Below, piece after piece: positions 19,870 through 29,837 of a stretch of DNA of 64,000 bases (the stretch's first letter is position 1; each line of letters opens with the position of its first letter). The translations under genes and the position numbers were made by a program. The DNA is from Longimicrobiales bacterium (lineage in GTDB: Bacteria > Gemmatimonadota > Gemmatimonadetes > Longimicrobiales > Gaopeijiaceae). The stretch lies in contig OZ242008.1 of NCBI GenBank assembly GCA_965204735.1, forward strand, positions 96,001 to 160,000. The letters run 5' to 3'. The notes below the pieces were generated by a model that worked only from the letters and a program-made list of their open reading frames with translations, ran no database searches and was not told the DNA's origin.

Positions 19870-20645
19870 TGAAGCGGGCCGAGCGACGGGCGGACTCGCC
19901 CGGAATCCAGCGCCTTTGCGTCGATCGGCTGCGACGGGCCAAAGTGGCCGCCTGCGCCCTCGTGCACCTCCTCGCATCTGCCTATAGCGTTGCGGCCCAA
20001 GAGGTGCGGGGGCGCGCGTCCGACGGGTCGACGGGAAGGTCGATTTCGTTCGCCGAAGTTGCGCTGTTGGACGGAGACGGGGTGCCCGTCGTGGCGGCCC
20101 TGTCCGATTCGGAGGGCCGCTTCGTCTTGAAGGCCCCGTCGGCGGGCGAGTACTACGTCGCCATGCAGCGCCTCGGCTACGAGGCCATGCGCTCGCCGCT
20201 GATCGCGGTCGAGGAGGACGGAGCATACCTGCTGGAGCTGGAGACCGCTCCCGAGGCGATTCCCCTTCGCGGCTTGGAGGTCTCGGTGGTCAACGAGGCC
20301 ACAGTCAACTGGTTGCGTCGGGAGTTTCGCGGCAGTCCCTACGCCATGAAGGGCTTTCGGCTGATTCGGGGCGTTCGGCTGGAAGAGGCCAAGTCGAAGA
20401 GCAGGGACAACACCCAGCTGTTGCGCTGGCTCTACATTCCCGTGTCCCACGGTCGTCAAGTATGCGTGCTCGCGTTGTTCGACGCTTGCGGTGAGCTGTA
20501 CGTGGACGGGCGTTGGATGCCCGCCGAGCACGTCGAGAGCATCGACATGGAGTCGATTGCGACGATCGTCACCGTGCTGGAAGACGGTGCGCGGGTGTAT
20601 CTCTTTACGTCGGACTTCGACTGGAAGAAGCATTGGAACCCGTGA
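19869..20645 (+). CDS. Carboxypeptidase-regulatory-like domain protein
   Basis: AQEVRGRASDGSTGRSI..AEV...SDSEGRF...GEY...RLGY. Confidence 0.72.
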   Translation: MKRAERRADSPGIQRLCVDRLRRAKVAACALVHLLASAYSVAAQEVRGRASDGSTGRSISFAEVALLDGDGVPVVAALSDSEGRFVLKAPSAGEYYVAMQRLGYEAMRSPLIAVEEDGAYLLELETAPEAIPLRGLEVSVVNEATVNWLRREFRGSPYAMKGFRLIRGVRLEEAKSKSRDNTQLLRWLYIPVSHGRQVCVLALFDACGELYVDGRWMPAEHVESIDMESIATIVTVLEDGARVYLFTSDFDWKKHWNP

Positions 20646-20649
20646 GGCG

Positions 20650-22242
20650 CTACTGCCCGTGCGGCTCCGACGAAAGCGACTTGGCCCACTCGGGGACCAC
20701 GGCGGGGTCGATGTCGAAGACGACCAGGCCCAGCGTGTAGACGATCGTCGCGATCACCAGCACGCCGATCAGGTTGAGGAAGATGCCTGGTCGAGCCATC
20801 TCGCCCACCGTGATTCGGTTGCTTCCGAAGACGATGGAGTTGGGCGGCGTGGCCACCGGCATCATGAAGGCGCACGACGCCGACAGCGTGGCCGGAACCA
20901 TGAGAAGCAGGGGATGGGTCCCTGTGGCCACCGCGACCGACGCCAGGATCGGAAGGATCATCTCGGTGGTGGCGGTGTTGCTGGTCAGTTCGGTCAGGAA
21001 CGTCAGCGAGAGGCAGATGAAGAGGATCACCACGAAGGGCGGCAGCACGCCCAGCACGCTGAACTGGTCTCCGATCAGCTGCGCCAGCCCGGTCTGCTGA
21101 AAGCCGCTGGCGAGAGCGAATCCGCCCCCGATCAGCAGGACGATGTTCCACGGCAGGCGCGGGATCACGTCCGGGCCCATGACCCGGGTGTCGGGGACGC
21201 TGCCGGCGCCCGGAGCGTCGTTCGAGCCGCCGGCGTGCGGCCGATTCCGCGTCGGGATGAAGAAGAGCGCCGACGCCATGCCGATCGCCACCGTGCCGTC
21301 GTCGACGAATCCGCCGAAGGGAAGCAGGCTGGACCAGCCGGGGATCGTGATCGCGTCCCCGATCCGCAGGTCGGCGCGGAAGACCCACAGCAGGGCCGTG
21401 AGGGCGAACACCACCGACACCGCCCGTTCCTCGTGGGATATGCGCCCCAGCTTGGCGCGCTCCCGCTCCACCACCTTCGTGTCCACGTTCACGCCCTCCG
21501 GGGCGCGGTAGACGACGTGGGTGATCAGGAACCAGGCGACCGCCAGCATGATCGCGCCGATGGGCAGCGCCACGACCATCCAATGGCCGAATGCGATGGC
21601 GGGCGCCTCGGGAAAGAGGATCTCGAAGATGCGCTGGAACGACAGGTTGGGCGGCGTGCCCACCAGCGTGGTCAGCCCGCCGACGGAGCAGCCGTAGGCG
21701 ATCCCCAGCATGAGGCCGACGGAGAAGGGGCGCGCCTCGTCGCCGGCCGTGTCCTCGATCTGCAGCACGATGGCCAGGCCGATCGGCACCATCATCACCG
21801 CCGTCGCCGTGTTCGATATCCACATCGAGAGGAACGCCGCCGCCAGCATGAAGCCCAGCACGATCCGCGCCGGTCCGCCGCCGACGAAGTGGATGATGTT
21901 CAGCGCGATGCGGCGGTGCAGGTTCCACTTCTCCATCGTCAGGGCGATCATGAAGCCGCCGATGAAGAGGGCGATCGTGCTGTTGAAGTACGCCGGCACC
22001 GTGTCTCCGCCGTCCATGACGCCCAGCAGGGGGTACAGCACGATGGGGACCAGGGCCGTTGCGAAGAGCGGAATCGCGTCGCTCACCCACCACACCGCCA
22101 TGAGCACCGCCACCGCCGCCAGCCGGCTGGCAGGCAGGTTGTCGGGCGCGACGGGAAACGCCAGCAGCAGCAAGGCGAGCGCGGGACCGAGCCACAGCCC
22201 GATGCGACGACCGCGCCCGCCGCGCGAGTTGTCGGTTGCCAT
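20650..22242 (-). CDS. SLC13/DASS family anion:sodium symporter
   Basis: LSMWISNTAT, TLVGTPPN, TELTSNTAT, CAFMMPVATPPN. Confidence 0.93.
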   Translation of the reverse strand: MATDNSRGGRGRRIGLWLGPALALLLLAFPVAPDNLPASRLAAVAVLMAVWWVSDAIPLFATALVPIVLYPLLGVMDGGDTVPAYFNSTIALFIGGFMIALTMEKWNLHRRIALNIIHFVGGGPARIVLGFMLAAAFLSMWISNTATAVMMVPIGLAIVLQIEDTAGDEARPFSVGLMLGIAYGCSVGGLTTLVGTPPNLSFQRIFEILFPEAPAIAFGHWMVVALPIGAIMLAVAWFLITHVVYRAPEGVNVDTKVVERERAKLGRISHEERAVSVVFALTALLWVFRADLRIGDAITIPGWSSLLPFGGFVDDGTVAIGMASALFFIPTRNRPHAGGSNDAPGAGSVPDTRVMGPDVIPRLPWNIVLLIGGGFALASGFQQTGLAQLIGDQFSVLGVLPPFVVILFICLSLTFLTELTSNTATTEMILPILASVAVATGTHPLLLMVPATLSASCAFMMPVATPPNSIVFGSNRITVGEMARPGIFLNLIGVLVIATIVYTLGLVVFDIDPAVVPEWAKSLSSEPHGQ

Positions 22243-22329
22243 GAAGGGAGAAGAATGGCGCGGGGGCGGGGTGGGAGCAAGAACCAACCCCGGAAAGCAG
22301 GGCGGCGCGCGGGGCCCAGGTCTTCGTCG

Positions 22330-22494
22330 TCGGCTTCTGGGTGCCCCGCGGCCTCTGGGCTTCCCGCGGCTCCTCGGTGCCCCACAGCCTCTCGGCGGGC
22401 TCGCGGCCTCTCGGCTTCCCGCGGCCTCTGGGCGTCCCGCCGGCCTCTCGCGCTCGTGGCCTCTCGGCGTCCCGCGCCCTCTGGACGCCCCGCG
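22330..22494. repeat. ~9 degenerate 18-bp tandem repeats (gcggcctctSggcktccc) at the left island edge
   Basis: Visible repeated units such as gcggcctctgggcttccc, gcggcctctcggcttccc, gcggcctctgggcgtccc and gtggcctctcggcgtccc. Confidence 0.75.
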
Positions 22495-22497
22495 TAG

Positions 22498-22503
22498 TAT
22501 ACT
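22498..22503 (+). promoter_or_regulatory. Putative -10 box (TATACT) for a leaderless brxF transcript
   Basis: TATACT ends 7 nt before ATG 22511 and there is no Shine-Dalgarno sequence. Confidence 0.5.
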
Positions 22504-22510
22504 GTACGGA

Positions 22511-23134
22511 ATGGAAGCCCTTGCCGACCGGATCGAACGCCGGGCCCGCGAAGCCGCGTCGCTCCATCATCGACTGGTGCTCGTCGCGGGTCCGCCCGGC
22601 TCGGGCAAGACGACGGCTCTGCGAAAGCTGCGGGACCGCACCGGCGCGCCCCTTGTGAACGCCGGCCTCGAGCTCTCCCGCCGAATGCTGGAGCTGACCG
22701 AACGACAGTGCAGGCTCCGCCTCGCCGGGTTGCTCGGCGACGTGGTGGACGAAGCCCACGCCCAGCAGCGGGAAGCCAAGTCCCAGCAGTGGGAAGCCGC
22801 ATCCCACCGCCCGGAAGCGGCGGCGGGGTCGGCGCCCGACCGAGTGGTCCTGCTGGACAACATCGAGATCGTCTTCGATCCGGTGTTCCAGCACGACCCT
22901 CTTCGGCTGCTCCAAGGGCTGTCGCGCCATCGGGTGGTCGTGGCGGCTTGGCCGGGCGCCGTCGCCGAGGGGCAACTCGCGTATGCGGTTCCCGGCCACC
23001 CGGAGCACCGTTCCTATCCGGTCGCAGAGTTGAGCCGAGGTTCGATCGTGGTGGCCGCCCAGGCCGGCTTCCGACCCTTGACCGCGCTGGAACGCTCCCC
23101 GCAGGACCACCCCCCACAGGAACGCCGGCGATGA
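22511..23134 (+). CDS. brxF: BREX type 3 P-loop protein BrxF
   Basis: [33 protein letters not shown]...[21 protein letters not shown]. Confidence 0.88.
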   Translation: MEALADRIERRAREAASLHHRLVLVAGPPGSGKTTALRKLRDRTGAPLVNAGLELSRRMLELTERQCRLRLAGLLGDVVDEAHAQQREAKSQQWEAASHRPEAAAGSAPDRVVLLDNIEIVFDPVFQHDPLRLLQGLSRHRVVVAAWPGAVAEGQLAYAVPGHPEHRSYPVAELSRGSIVVAAQAGFRPLTALERSPQDHPPQERRR

Positions 23135-26100
23135 AGTACCGCGACCTGGTCCAGTTCGACTCCATCGAGTCCGTGGTGCAGCTTCGCAACGCGGCGAAGC
23201 AAGACGAGGCTCGGCGGCTGGTCGAGTCCTACGTCGTGTCCGACGAGATGGCGGAGAAGCTGTCGGCGGTGGTGATTCCCCAGCTTCAGTACGACGCTGC
23301 CGCCGACAACCGGGGCCTTCTGGTAGTGGGCAACTACGGCACGGGCAAGTCCCATCTGATGGCGGTGCTGGCCGGGGTCGCCGAGCACGCGGAGTTGGCC
23401 GAGCGCCTCACGCATCCAAAGCTGGTCGAGGCAGCCAGGGCCGTGGCGGGCCGCTTCAAGGTGATCCGGGTGGAGATTGGGGCGTCGCAGATGCCCTTGC
23501 GGGACATCGTGGCGAACGAGCTGGAGGAAGGGACGGCCGCCATGGGCGTCCGCTACGCCTTCCCGCCCGCCGACGAAGTGCGCAGCAACAAGCACTGCTT
23601 CGAGGAGATGATGACGGCGTTCCACGGCGTCTTCCCCGACCACGGCCTCTTGCTGGTGGTGGACGAGCTCCTGGACTACTTGCGGTCGCGGAAGGACCAG
23701 GAGCTGGTGTACGACCTGAACTTCATGCGGGAAGTGGGCGAAGTGTGCCGCGACTTGCGCTTCCGCTTCATGGCCGGCGTGCAGGAAACGATCTTCGGCG
23801 CTCCCTCGCTGGCGTTCGCGGCCCAGGCGCTTCGGCGGGTCAAGGACCGCTTCGAGCAAGTGCTCATCGCCAAGAGCGACGTGAAGTTCGTGGTGGCCGA
23901 GCGCCTGCTGAAGAAGACGGCTGACCAGAAGGCCAGGATACGCGAGCACTTGGCGCCCTTCGCCAAGTTCTACGAGCGCATGAACGAGGGCATGGACGAG
24001 TACGTGCACCTATTCCCCGTGCACCCCGCCTACATCGACACCTTCGACCAAGTGGCCCAGGCCGAGAAGCGGGAGATCCTCAAGACGCTCTCCCGAGCGA
24101 TGCACAAGATGCTCGACGAAGAGCTTCCCGCGGATCACCCGGGACTCGTCACCTACGACAGCTACTGGAACACGTTGCGCGAGAACCCGGCGTTCCGCGC
24201 CGTGCCAGACATCCGCGCCGTCGTTCAGTGCAGCGAAGTGCTGGAGGCGCGGGTCCGGCAGGCGTACACGCGGCCCCAGTACATGGCGATGGCGCTGCGG
24301 ATCATACACGCGCTCTCGGTCCACAGGCTCACGACCGGCGACATACACTCGAAGCTGGGCGCCACGGGGAAGGAGCTGCGGGACTCCTTGTGCCTGCACC
24401 AGCCCGGCGTCGAGAACCTGGGGGGCGATCCGGCCGACGACCTCCTGACCCAGGTCGAAGCCGTCCTGCACGAGATATACAAGACGGTGAGCGGCCAGTT
24501 CGTCTCGTCGAACCCCGACAACGGCCAGTACTACCTGGACCTGAAGAAGACCGACGACTACGACGCCTTGATCGAGGCGCGCGCCGAGACGTTGGAGGCC
24601 TCCAAGCTGGACCGCTACTACTACGACGCGCTCCGGCGGATCATGGAGTGCACGGATCAGACCTACGTCACCGGCTACCAGATATGGGAGCACGAGCTGG
24701 TCTGGCCGGACCGGAAGGCGTCCAGGCGCGGCTACTTGTTCTTCGGGGCGCCCAACGAGCGTTCCACCGCCGTGCCTCCGAGGGACTTCTACCTGTACTT
24801 CATCCAGCCCTACGAGCCGCCCCGGTTCAAGGACGAGCAGAAGCCCGACGAGGTGTTCGTGCGGCTGGCGCGCCGCGACCAGACCTTCGACGAAGTGCTG
24901 ACAAGCTACGCCGCGGCGGCGGACTTGGCGCTGACGTCGTCGGGGCACGCCAAGAAGACCTACCAGGAGAAGGCGGACGGCTTCCTGCGCGAGATCGTGA
25001 AGTGGCTTCGCGAGAACATGATCGACGCCTTCCAGGGCACGTACCGGGGCCGCGCTCGAAGGCTGGTCGAGTGGAGCAAGGAGAAGTCGGTGCGCGAGGT
25101 CGCGGGCTTGCGTCCCGACGATGTGATCGACTTCCGCGGCTTCGTGAATGCGGTGGCCGGCCTGTGCCTATCGCCTCACTTTGCGGACCAGGCGCCCGGG
25201 TACCCCCGCTTCTCCGTGCTGGTCACGGACCAGAGCCGGGAACAGGCGGCCCGGGACGCCCTGCAGGTCGTGGCTGGCAAGCGCCCGACCGCCCAGGCCA
25301 CCGCTGTGCTGGACGCGCTGGGGCTGCTGGACGGCGACCGCATCGACCCCTCCGGCTCGCCCTACGCCGGACACGTGCGGGAGCTGCTGGAGCGGAAGGG
25401 TCACGGGCAGGTCGTGAACCGGAGCGAGGTCGTCGAGGTCGATCGCGGCGTCGAGTACATGGACAAGAACGGCCAGCGCCTGGAGCCCGAGTGGGTGGTG
25501 GTCGTGCTGGCGGCGCTGGTGCACTCCGGTCACGTGGTGCTGGCGGTGCCGGGGGCGGTGTTCGACGCGGTCGGTCTTCCCGAGATGGCGAAGCGCCCGA
25601 TCAAGGAGCTGATCGACTTCAAGCACTACAAGGCGCCGAAGGAGTGGAACCTGCCGGCGCTGACCGCCTTGTGCGAGCTGGTCGGCTTGCAGCCCGGCAC
25701 CGGCCGGCTGGCGACGCAGGGCCAGCAGGCGGCGGTCCAGCAGCTGCAGGAGAAGCTGACGGAGGTGGTGCAGCGGCTGGCCAAGAGCACGCACCTGGTC
25801 CATGAGGGACTTCCGTTCTGGGGCGCGCCCCTGCTGGCGGACGACGAGACCCAGCGGCTCCACGAAGGCATGAAGGGGACCAAGGTGTTCCTGGAGTCCC
25901 TTCAGGCGTACACGACGCCCGGCAAGCTGAAGAACTTCCGCCACTCCACCGACGATGTGGAGTCCCACGGCGCGGGCATGAAGTGCCTGGAGGAGGTCGA
26001 CGCGCTGAACAAGCTGCGGACCAGCTTGGACCCGCTGGCGTCCTACTTGACGGCCGCGCTGGCGGGACTGCCGTCGGAGCACGGATGGGCTGTTCGGGCG

Positions 26101-26865
26101 GGGAAGGTCCGGCGGGACGTGCTGACGCGCTTCGCCGACCCCAAGATGCGTCGCTCCGACGAGTTCCGCCGCAACGCCGGCCAAGCCCTGCGAGACCTGA
26201 AGGGCGAGTACGCGCGCATCTACTTGGCGGCTCACGCCAAGCACCGTCTGGGAGCGGCCGGCCAGGCGCAGAGGCGGCGCCTGCTGGCGAGCGCCCGGCT
26301 GAAGGGGCTGGCCAAGTTGTGCGCAATCGAGCTCCTGCCCAAGCGGCAGCTGGACGACTACCGCGAGCGGCTGAAGGGACTGGCCGCGTGCACGGCGCTC
26401 ATGGAGTCCGAGCTGCGCGCGGCGCCGGTGTGCGGCCACTGCGGCTTCCGCCTGGGCGTTGGCGACTCGGGGCCGTCGGCGGAGTCCGTGCTGGACGCCC
26501 TCGACCAAGCGGCGGACCGAATGCTGGCGCGGTGGTCCGACACGTTGCTGGAGAACTTGGCCGACTCCACCGCCCAGGAGAGCTTGAAGCTGCTGGAGCC
26601 GGCGGCCAAGGCGCTCGTGGACCGGTTCGTGGCCACTGGTCGGCTTGCGCAGGACCCGGAGCAGGAGCTGATCGACGCCTTGGCCGAGGCGCTGGCGGGG
26701 CTCGAGAAGGTGTCGGTGAGGCCGGCCGAGCTGTGCGCCGCCGTGGCCCCCGACGGCGCGCCCTCGACCCCGTCCGAGATGGTGAAGCGGCTGGCGGGCT
26801 GGTTGGAGGACCAGGTCGGCGGACGGGACGCGAGCAAGGTCAGGATCGTGCTGGAGGAGGAATGA
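23131..26865 (+). CDS. brxC: BREX type 3 ATPase BrxC/PglY (DUF6079)
   Basis: [57 protein letters not shown]-terminal CxxC; 1244 aa. Confidence 0.9.
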   Translation: MKYRDLVQFDSIESVVQLRNAAKQDEARRLVESYVVSDEMAEKLSAVVIPQLQYDAAADNRGLLVVGNYGTGKSHLMAVLAGVAEHAELAERLTHPKLVEAARAVAGRFKVIRVEIGASQMPLRDIVANELEEGTAAMGVRYAFPPADEVRSNKHCFEEMMTAFHGVFPDHGLLLVVDELLDYLRSRKDQELVYDLNFMREVGEVCRDLRFRFMAGVQETIFGAPSLAFAAQALRRVKDRFEQVLIAKSDVKFVVAERLLKKTADQKARIREHLAPFAKFYERMNEGMDEYVHLFPVHPAYIDTFDQVAQAEKREILKTLSRAMHKMLDEELPADHPGLVTYDSYWNTLRENPAFRAVPDIRAVVQCSEVLEARVRQAYTRPQYMAMALRIIHALSVHRLTTGDIHSKLGATGKELRDSLCLHQPGVENLGGDPADDLLTQVEAVLHEIYKTVSGQFVSSNPDNGQYYLDLKKTDDYDALIEARAETLEASKLDRYYYDALRRIMECTDQTYVTGYQIWEHELVWPDRKASRRGYLFFGAPNERSTAVPPRDFYLYFIQPYEPPRFKDEQKPDEVFVRLARRDQTFDEVLTSYAAAADLALTSSGHAKKTYQEKADGFLREIVKWLRENMIDAFQGTYRGRARRLVEWSKEKSVREVAGLRPDDVIDFRGFVNAVAGLCLSPHFADQAPGYPRFSVLVTDQSREQAARDALQVVAGKRPTAQATAVLDALGLLDGDRIDPSGSPYAGHVRELLERKGHGQVVNRSEVVEVDRGVEYMDKNGQRLEPEWVVVVLAALVHSGHVVLAVPGAVFDAVGLPEMAKRPIKELIDFKHYKAPKEWNLPALTALCELVGLQPGTGRLATQGQQAAVQQLQEKLTEVVQRLAKSTHLVHEGLPFWGAPLLADDETQRLHEGMKGTKVFLESLQAYTTPGKLKNFRHSTDDVESHGAGMKCLEEVDALNKLRTSLDPLASYLTAALAGLPSEHGWAVRAGKVRRDVLTRFADPKMRRSDEFRRNAGQALRDLKGEYARIYLAAHAKHRLGAAGQAQRRRLLASARLKGLAKLCAIELLPKRQLDDYRERLKGLAACTALMESELRAAPVCGHCGFRLGVGDSGPSAESVLDALDQAADRMLARWSDTLLENLADSTAQESLKLLEPAAKALVDRFVATGRLAQDPEQELIDALAEALAGLEKVSVRPAELCAAVAPDGAPSTPSEMVKRLAGWLEDQVGGRDASKVRIVLEEE

Positions 26866-26905
26866 CACGGGACGGGGCGGAAAGAGGGTCGTACTGCCGC
26901 AGAAC

Positions 26906-26969
26906 GGGGTTGGTCACTGACCAAGCTGCCGCGCCTAAAGGGGGGTTGGTCACTGCTGGAGTGACCAAC
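26906..26969. promoter_or_regulatory. Two related palindromes upstream of pglXI (operator-like)
   Basis: TTGGTCA-C-TGACCAA (26910-26924) and GTTGGTCACT-GCTGG-AGTGACCAAC (26945-26969). GGGGTTGGTCACTG is repeated 36 bp apart, and TTGACG follows at 26970. Confidence 0.55.
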
Positions 26970-27027
26970 TTGACGGGACGCCGCAATTTGATTATACATT
27001 AAGAATGGTTTGCCCCGTACCCACCCC

Positions 27028-29814
27028 ATGACCAACTCGCCGAGCAAGCTCTTTGAGCGGAAGGCGACCCCGACGACCGACCAGGTCGAATGCTTGGGCC
27101 TGACCTTCGAGTCCGACGACGCCCGGCGCGAGCACTTCTTGCAGCGGCTGCGCGAGAAGCTCCCCGAGTTGCGCAAGCGTTCCGACTTCCCCAAGGGGGA
27201 GGACGAGAACATCCTGCGCATGTCGGACCCGCCGTACTACACGGCCTGCCCGAACCCCTTCCTGGCCGAGTTCGTCGAGTGCTACGGCGCGCCCTACGAC
27301 CCCGCCGAGGAGTACCACCGCGAGCCGTTCGCCGTGGACGTGAGCGTGGGCAAGACCGATCCGCTCTACCGGGCGCACGGCTATCACACCAAGGTGCCCC
27401 ATCTGGCGATCGTCCCGTCGATCCTGCACTACACCGAGCCCGGCGACATCGTGCTGGACGGCTTCTGCGGCTCGGGGATGACCGGCGTGGCCGCCCAGTG
27501 GTGCGGCGCGGTCCCGGAGGAGTACCGCCGCAAGCTCGAGAAGGAATGGAAGGACCAAGGCCGGGAGCCGCCCAAGTGGGGCGCGCGGCGGACAGTTCTG
27601 GGCGACCTGTCCCCCGCGGCCACCTTCATCGCCGCCAACTACAACATCCCCTTCAACGTGGACGAGTTCGCCGAGGCGGCCAAGCGGCTGCTGGACGATG
27701 TGGAGAAGGAAGTCGGCTGGATGTACGAGACGCTCCACACCGACGGCAAGACCAAGGGTCGGATCAACTACACGGTATGGAGCGAGGTGTTCTCGTGCCC
27801 GGAGTGCGGTGGAGAGGTGGTGTTCGGCAGGGAGGCGGTGGACGCCCGGACCAAGAAGGTGAAGAAGGAGTTTCCGTGCCCGGAGTGCGGGGCGGTGCTG
27901 ACGAAGATACGGCTCGTGCGGAGCTCTTCTGCCCGGTGGGACCGAGCCCTTGAACGGAGCGTAGACGAACCCAAGCGAGTGCCTGTCCTCATCAACTATC
28001 AGATCGGCAACGACAGGCACGAAAAGGAGCCGGACAGCGCCGACCTTCAACTTCTCGAACGAATCGCAGCCATGGAGCCCCTTCAAGGCGTGCCTTTGGA
28101 CCGCATGATGCACGTCTCCGACGGCGTGACCAAGTGGGGCGACAAGTGGCGGGCCGGATCTGCCTCGTTTCAACACGTGCACCATTTGTTCTTGCCTCGA
28201 GCCGCGCGTACTCTGGCTTGCCTGTGGGGCCGGGTTCGCCAACAGAACGACCTGCGGTTGCGCAACATGCTCGTGTTCTTGGCCGAGCAGGCGATCCTCG
28301 GCATGTCCATCTTGAATCGGTACGGTCCAACCCACTACTCCCAGGTGAACCGTGCGATGTCCGGGGTGTACTACGTCAGCTCCCAGATCTCGGAATGCTC
28401 TCTACGCTACAACCTAGCCGGACGCACTGGTCGATTGCCCAAGGCGTTCACGCCCATGCCTTCGCGTCGTGGCCATGCTGTCGTATCGGCCGTGGACTGC
28501 GGACGCATCCCGATTCCGGCGGATTCCGTCGACTACATCTTCACTGACCCACCCTTCGGCGACAGCTTGGCCTACGCCGAACTCAACTTCGTCGTCGAGG
28601 CGTTCCACGGCGTCTTCACGAACCAAGCTCCGGAAGCGATCGTCAGCCCGACGTACCGCAAGCAGCTGGACGAATACCAAGTGCTCATGCGACGCTGCTT
28701 CCGCGAATACGCCCGGGTGCTCAAGCCGGGGCGGTGGATGACCGTCGTGTTCCACAACTCCCAGAACTCGGTTTGGAACGCCATTCAGGAGGGCCTGTCC
28801 GCCGCCGGCTTGGTCGTGGCCGACGTGCGCACGCTGGACAAGAAGGTGGGCTCCTACAACCAAGCCGTTGCCAGCGGCGCCGTGAAGCAAGACCTGGTCA
28901 TCTCGTGCTACAAGCCGTCCCGCGACCTGGAGGCGCGCTTCAAGCTGACGGCCGGAAGCGAAGACGGCGTCTGGGAGTTCGTCCACAATCACCTCAGGAA
29001 CCTGCCGGTGTTCGTGGCCAAAGGGGACGTGGCGGAGATCGTGGCCGAGCGCCTCGACTACCTCCTCTTCGACCGAATGGTGGCGTTCCATGTCCAGCGA
29101 GGTGTCATCATCCCCCTCTCTGCCGCCGAGTTCTACGAAGGCCTGAAGCAGCGGTTCGCGGCCCGCAACGGTATGTACTTCCTCCCCGAGCAAGCCGTCG
29201 AGCACGACCGCAAGCGCCTCACGGTCCGGCGCATCGAGCAGTTGGCCCTCCTCGTAACCGACGAGAAGTCCGCCATCGAGTGGTTGCGCCTCCAGCTGAA
29301 GGCCCGTCCCCGGACCTTCCAGGCGATCCACCCCGACTTCGTCCGCGAACTCGGCGGCTGGCAGAGGCACGAGCAGCTTCTGGAGCTGTCCACCCTCCTG
29401 GAGCAGAACTTCCTCTGCTACGACGGCGAAGACGAAGTCCCCTGCCAGATTCACGGCTACCTGTCCAGCAACTACAAGAACGCCCGCAACCTCCCCAAGG
29501 ACGCTCTCCACCTCCAGAAGCGCGCCAAGGACCGCTGGTACGTACCGGACGTCAACAAGGCCACCGACCTGGAGCGGCTCCGGGAGCGCACGCTCCTCCG
29601 GGAGTTCCAGACCTACCGAGAGCCGTCGCTGCGGCGCCTGACGAAGTTCCGCCTGGAGGCCGTCCGCGCCGGCTTCCGCCGCGCCTGGGGAAAGGGCGAC
29701 TACGACACGATCCTCGATATCGCCCGGAAGGTCCCCGACAAGGTGCTCCGGGAGGACCTCCAGCTGCTGATGTGGTACGACCAGGCGAAGAGAAGAAAGG
29801 AGGCGGAGGGGTGA
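27028..29814 (+). CDS. pglXI: BREX type 3 DNA methyltransferase PglXI
   Basis: SDPPYYTACPNP, HGYHTKVP, motif I DGFCGSG, two CPECG motifs, motif IV DYIFTDPPF, RVLKPGRW. Confidence 0.88.
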   Translation: MTNSPSKLFERKATPTTDQVECLGLTFESDDARREHFLQRLREKLPELRKRSDFPKGEDENILRMSDPPYYTACPNPFLAEFVECYGAPYDPAEEYHREPFAVDVSVGKTDPLYRAHGYHTKVPHLAIVPSILHYTEPGDIVLDGFCGSGMTGVAAQWCGAVPEEYRRKLEKEWKDQGREPPKWGARRTVLGDLSPAATFIAANYNIPFNVDEFAEAAKRLLDDVEKEVGWMYETLHTDGKTKGRINYTVWSEVFSCPECGGEVVFGREAVDARTKKVKKEFPCPECGAVLTKIRLVRSSSARWDRALERSVDEPKRVPVLINYQIGNDRHEKEPDSADLQLLERIAAMEPLQGVPLDRMMHVSDGVTKWGDKWRAGSASFQHVHHLFLPRAARTLACLWGRVRQQNDLRLRNMLVFLAEQAILGMSILNRYGPTHYSQVNRAMSGVYYVSSQISECSLRYNLAGRTGRLPKAFTPMPSRRGHAVVSAVDCGRIPIPADSVDYIFTDPPFGDSLAYAELNFVVEAFHGVFTNQAPEAIVSPTYRKQLDEYQVLMRRCFREYARVLKPGRWMTVVFHNSQNSVWNAIQEGLSAAGLVVADVRTLDKKVGSYNQAVASGAVKQDLVISCYKPSRDLEARFKLTAGSEDGVWEFVHNHLRNLPVFVAKGDVAEIVAERLDYLLFDRMVAFHVQRGVIIPLSAAEFYEGLKQRFAARNGMYFLPEQAVEHDRKRLTVRRIEQLALLVTDEKSAIEWLRLQLKARPRTFQAIHPDFVRELGGWQRHEQLLELSTLLEQNFLCYDGEDEVPCQIHGYLSSNYKNARNLPKDALHLQKRAKDRWYVPDVNKATDLERLRERTLLREFQTYREPSLRRLTKFRLEAVRAGFRRAWGKGDYDTILDIARKVPDKVLREDLQLLMWYDQAKRRKEAEG

Positions 29815-29837
29815 GCGGCAAGACTCCTCTGCCCGGG

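Noticed and set aside
22330..22494. Possible CRISPR array
   Set aside because: Units are contiguous degenerate 18-mers with no unique spacers, and no cas genes are present. The same applies to the 11-bp and 36-bp arrays.
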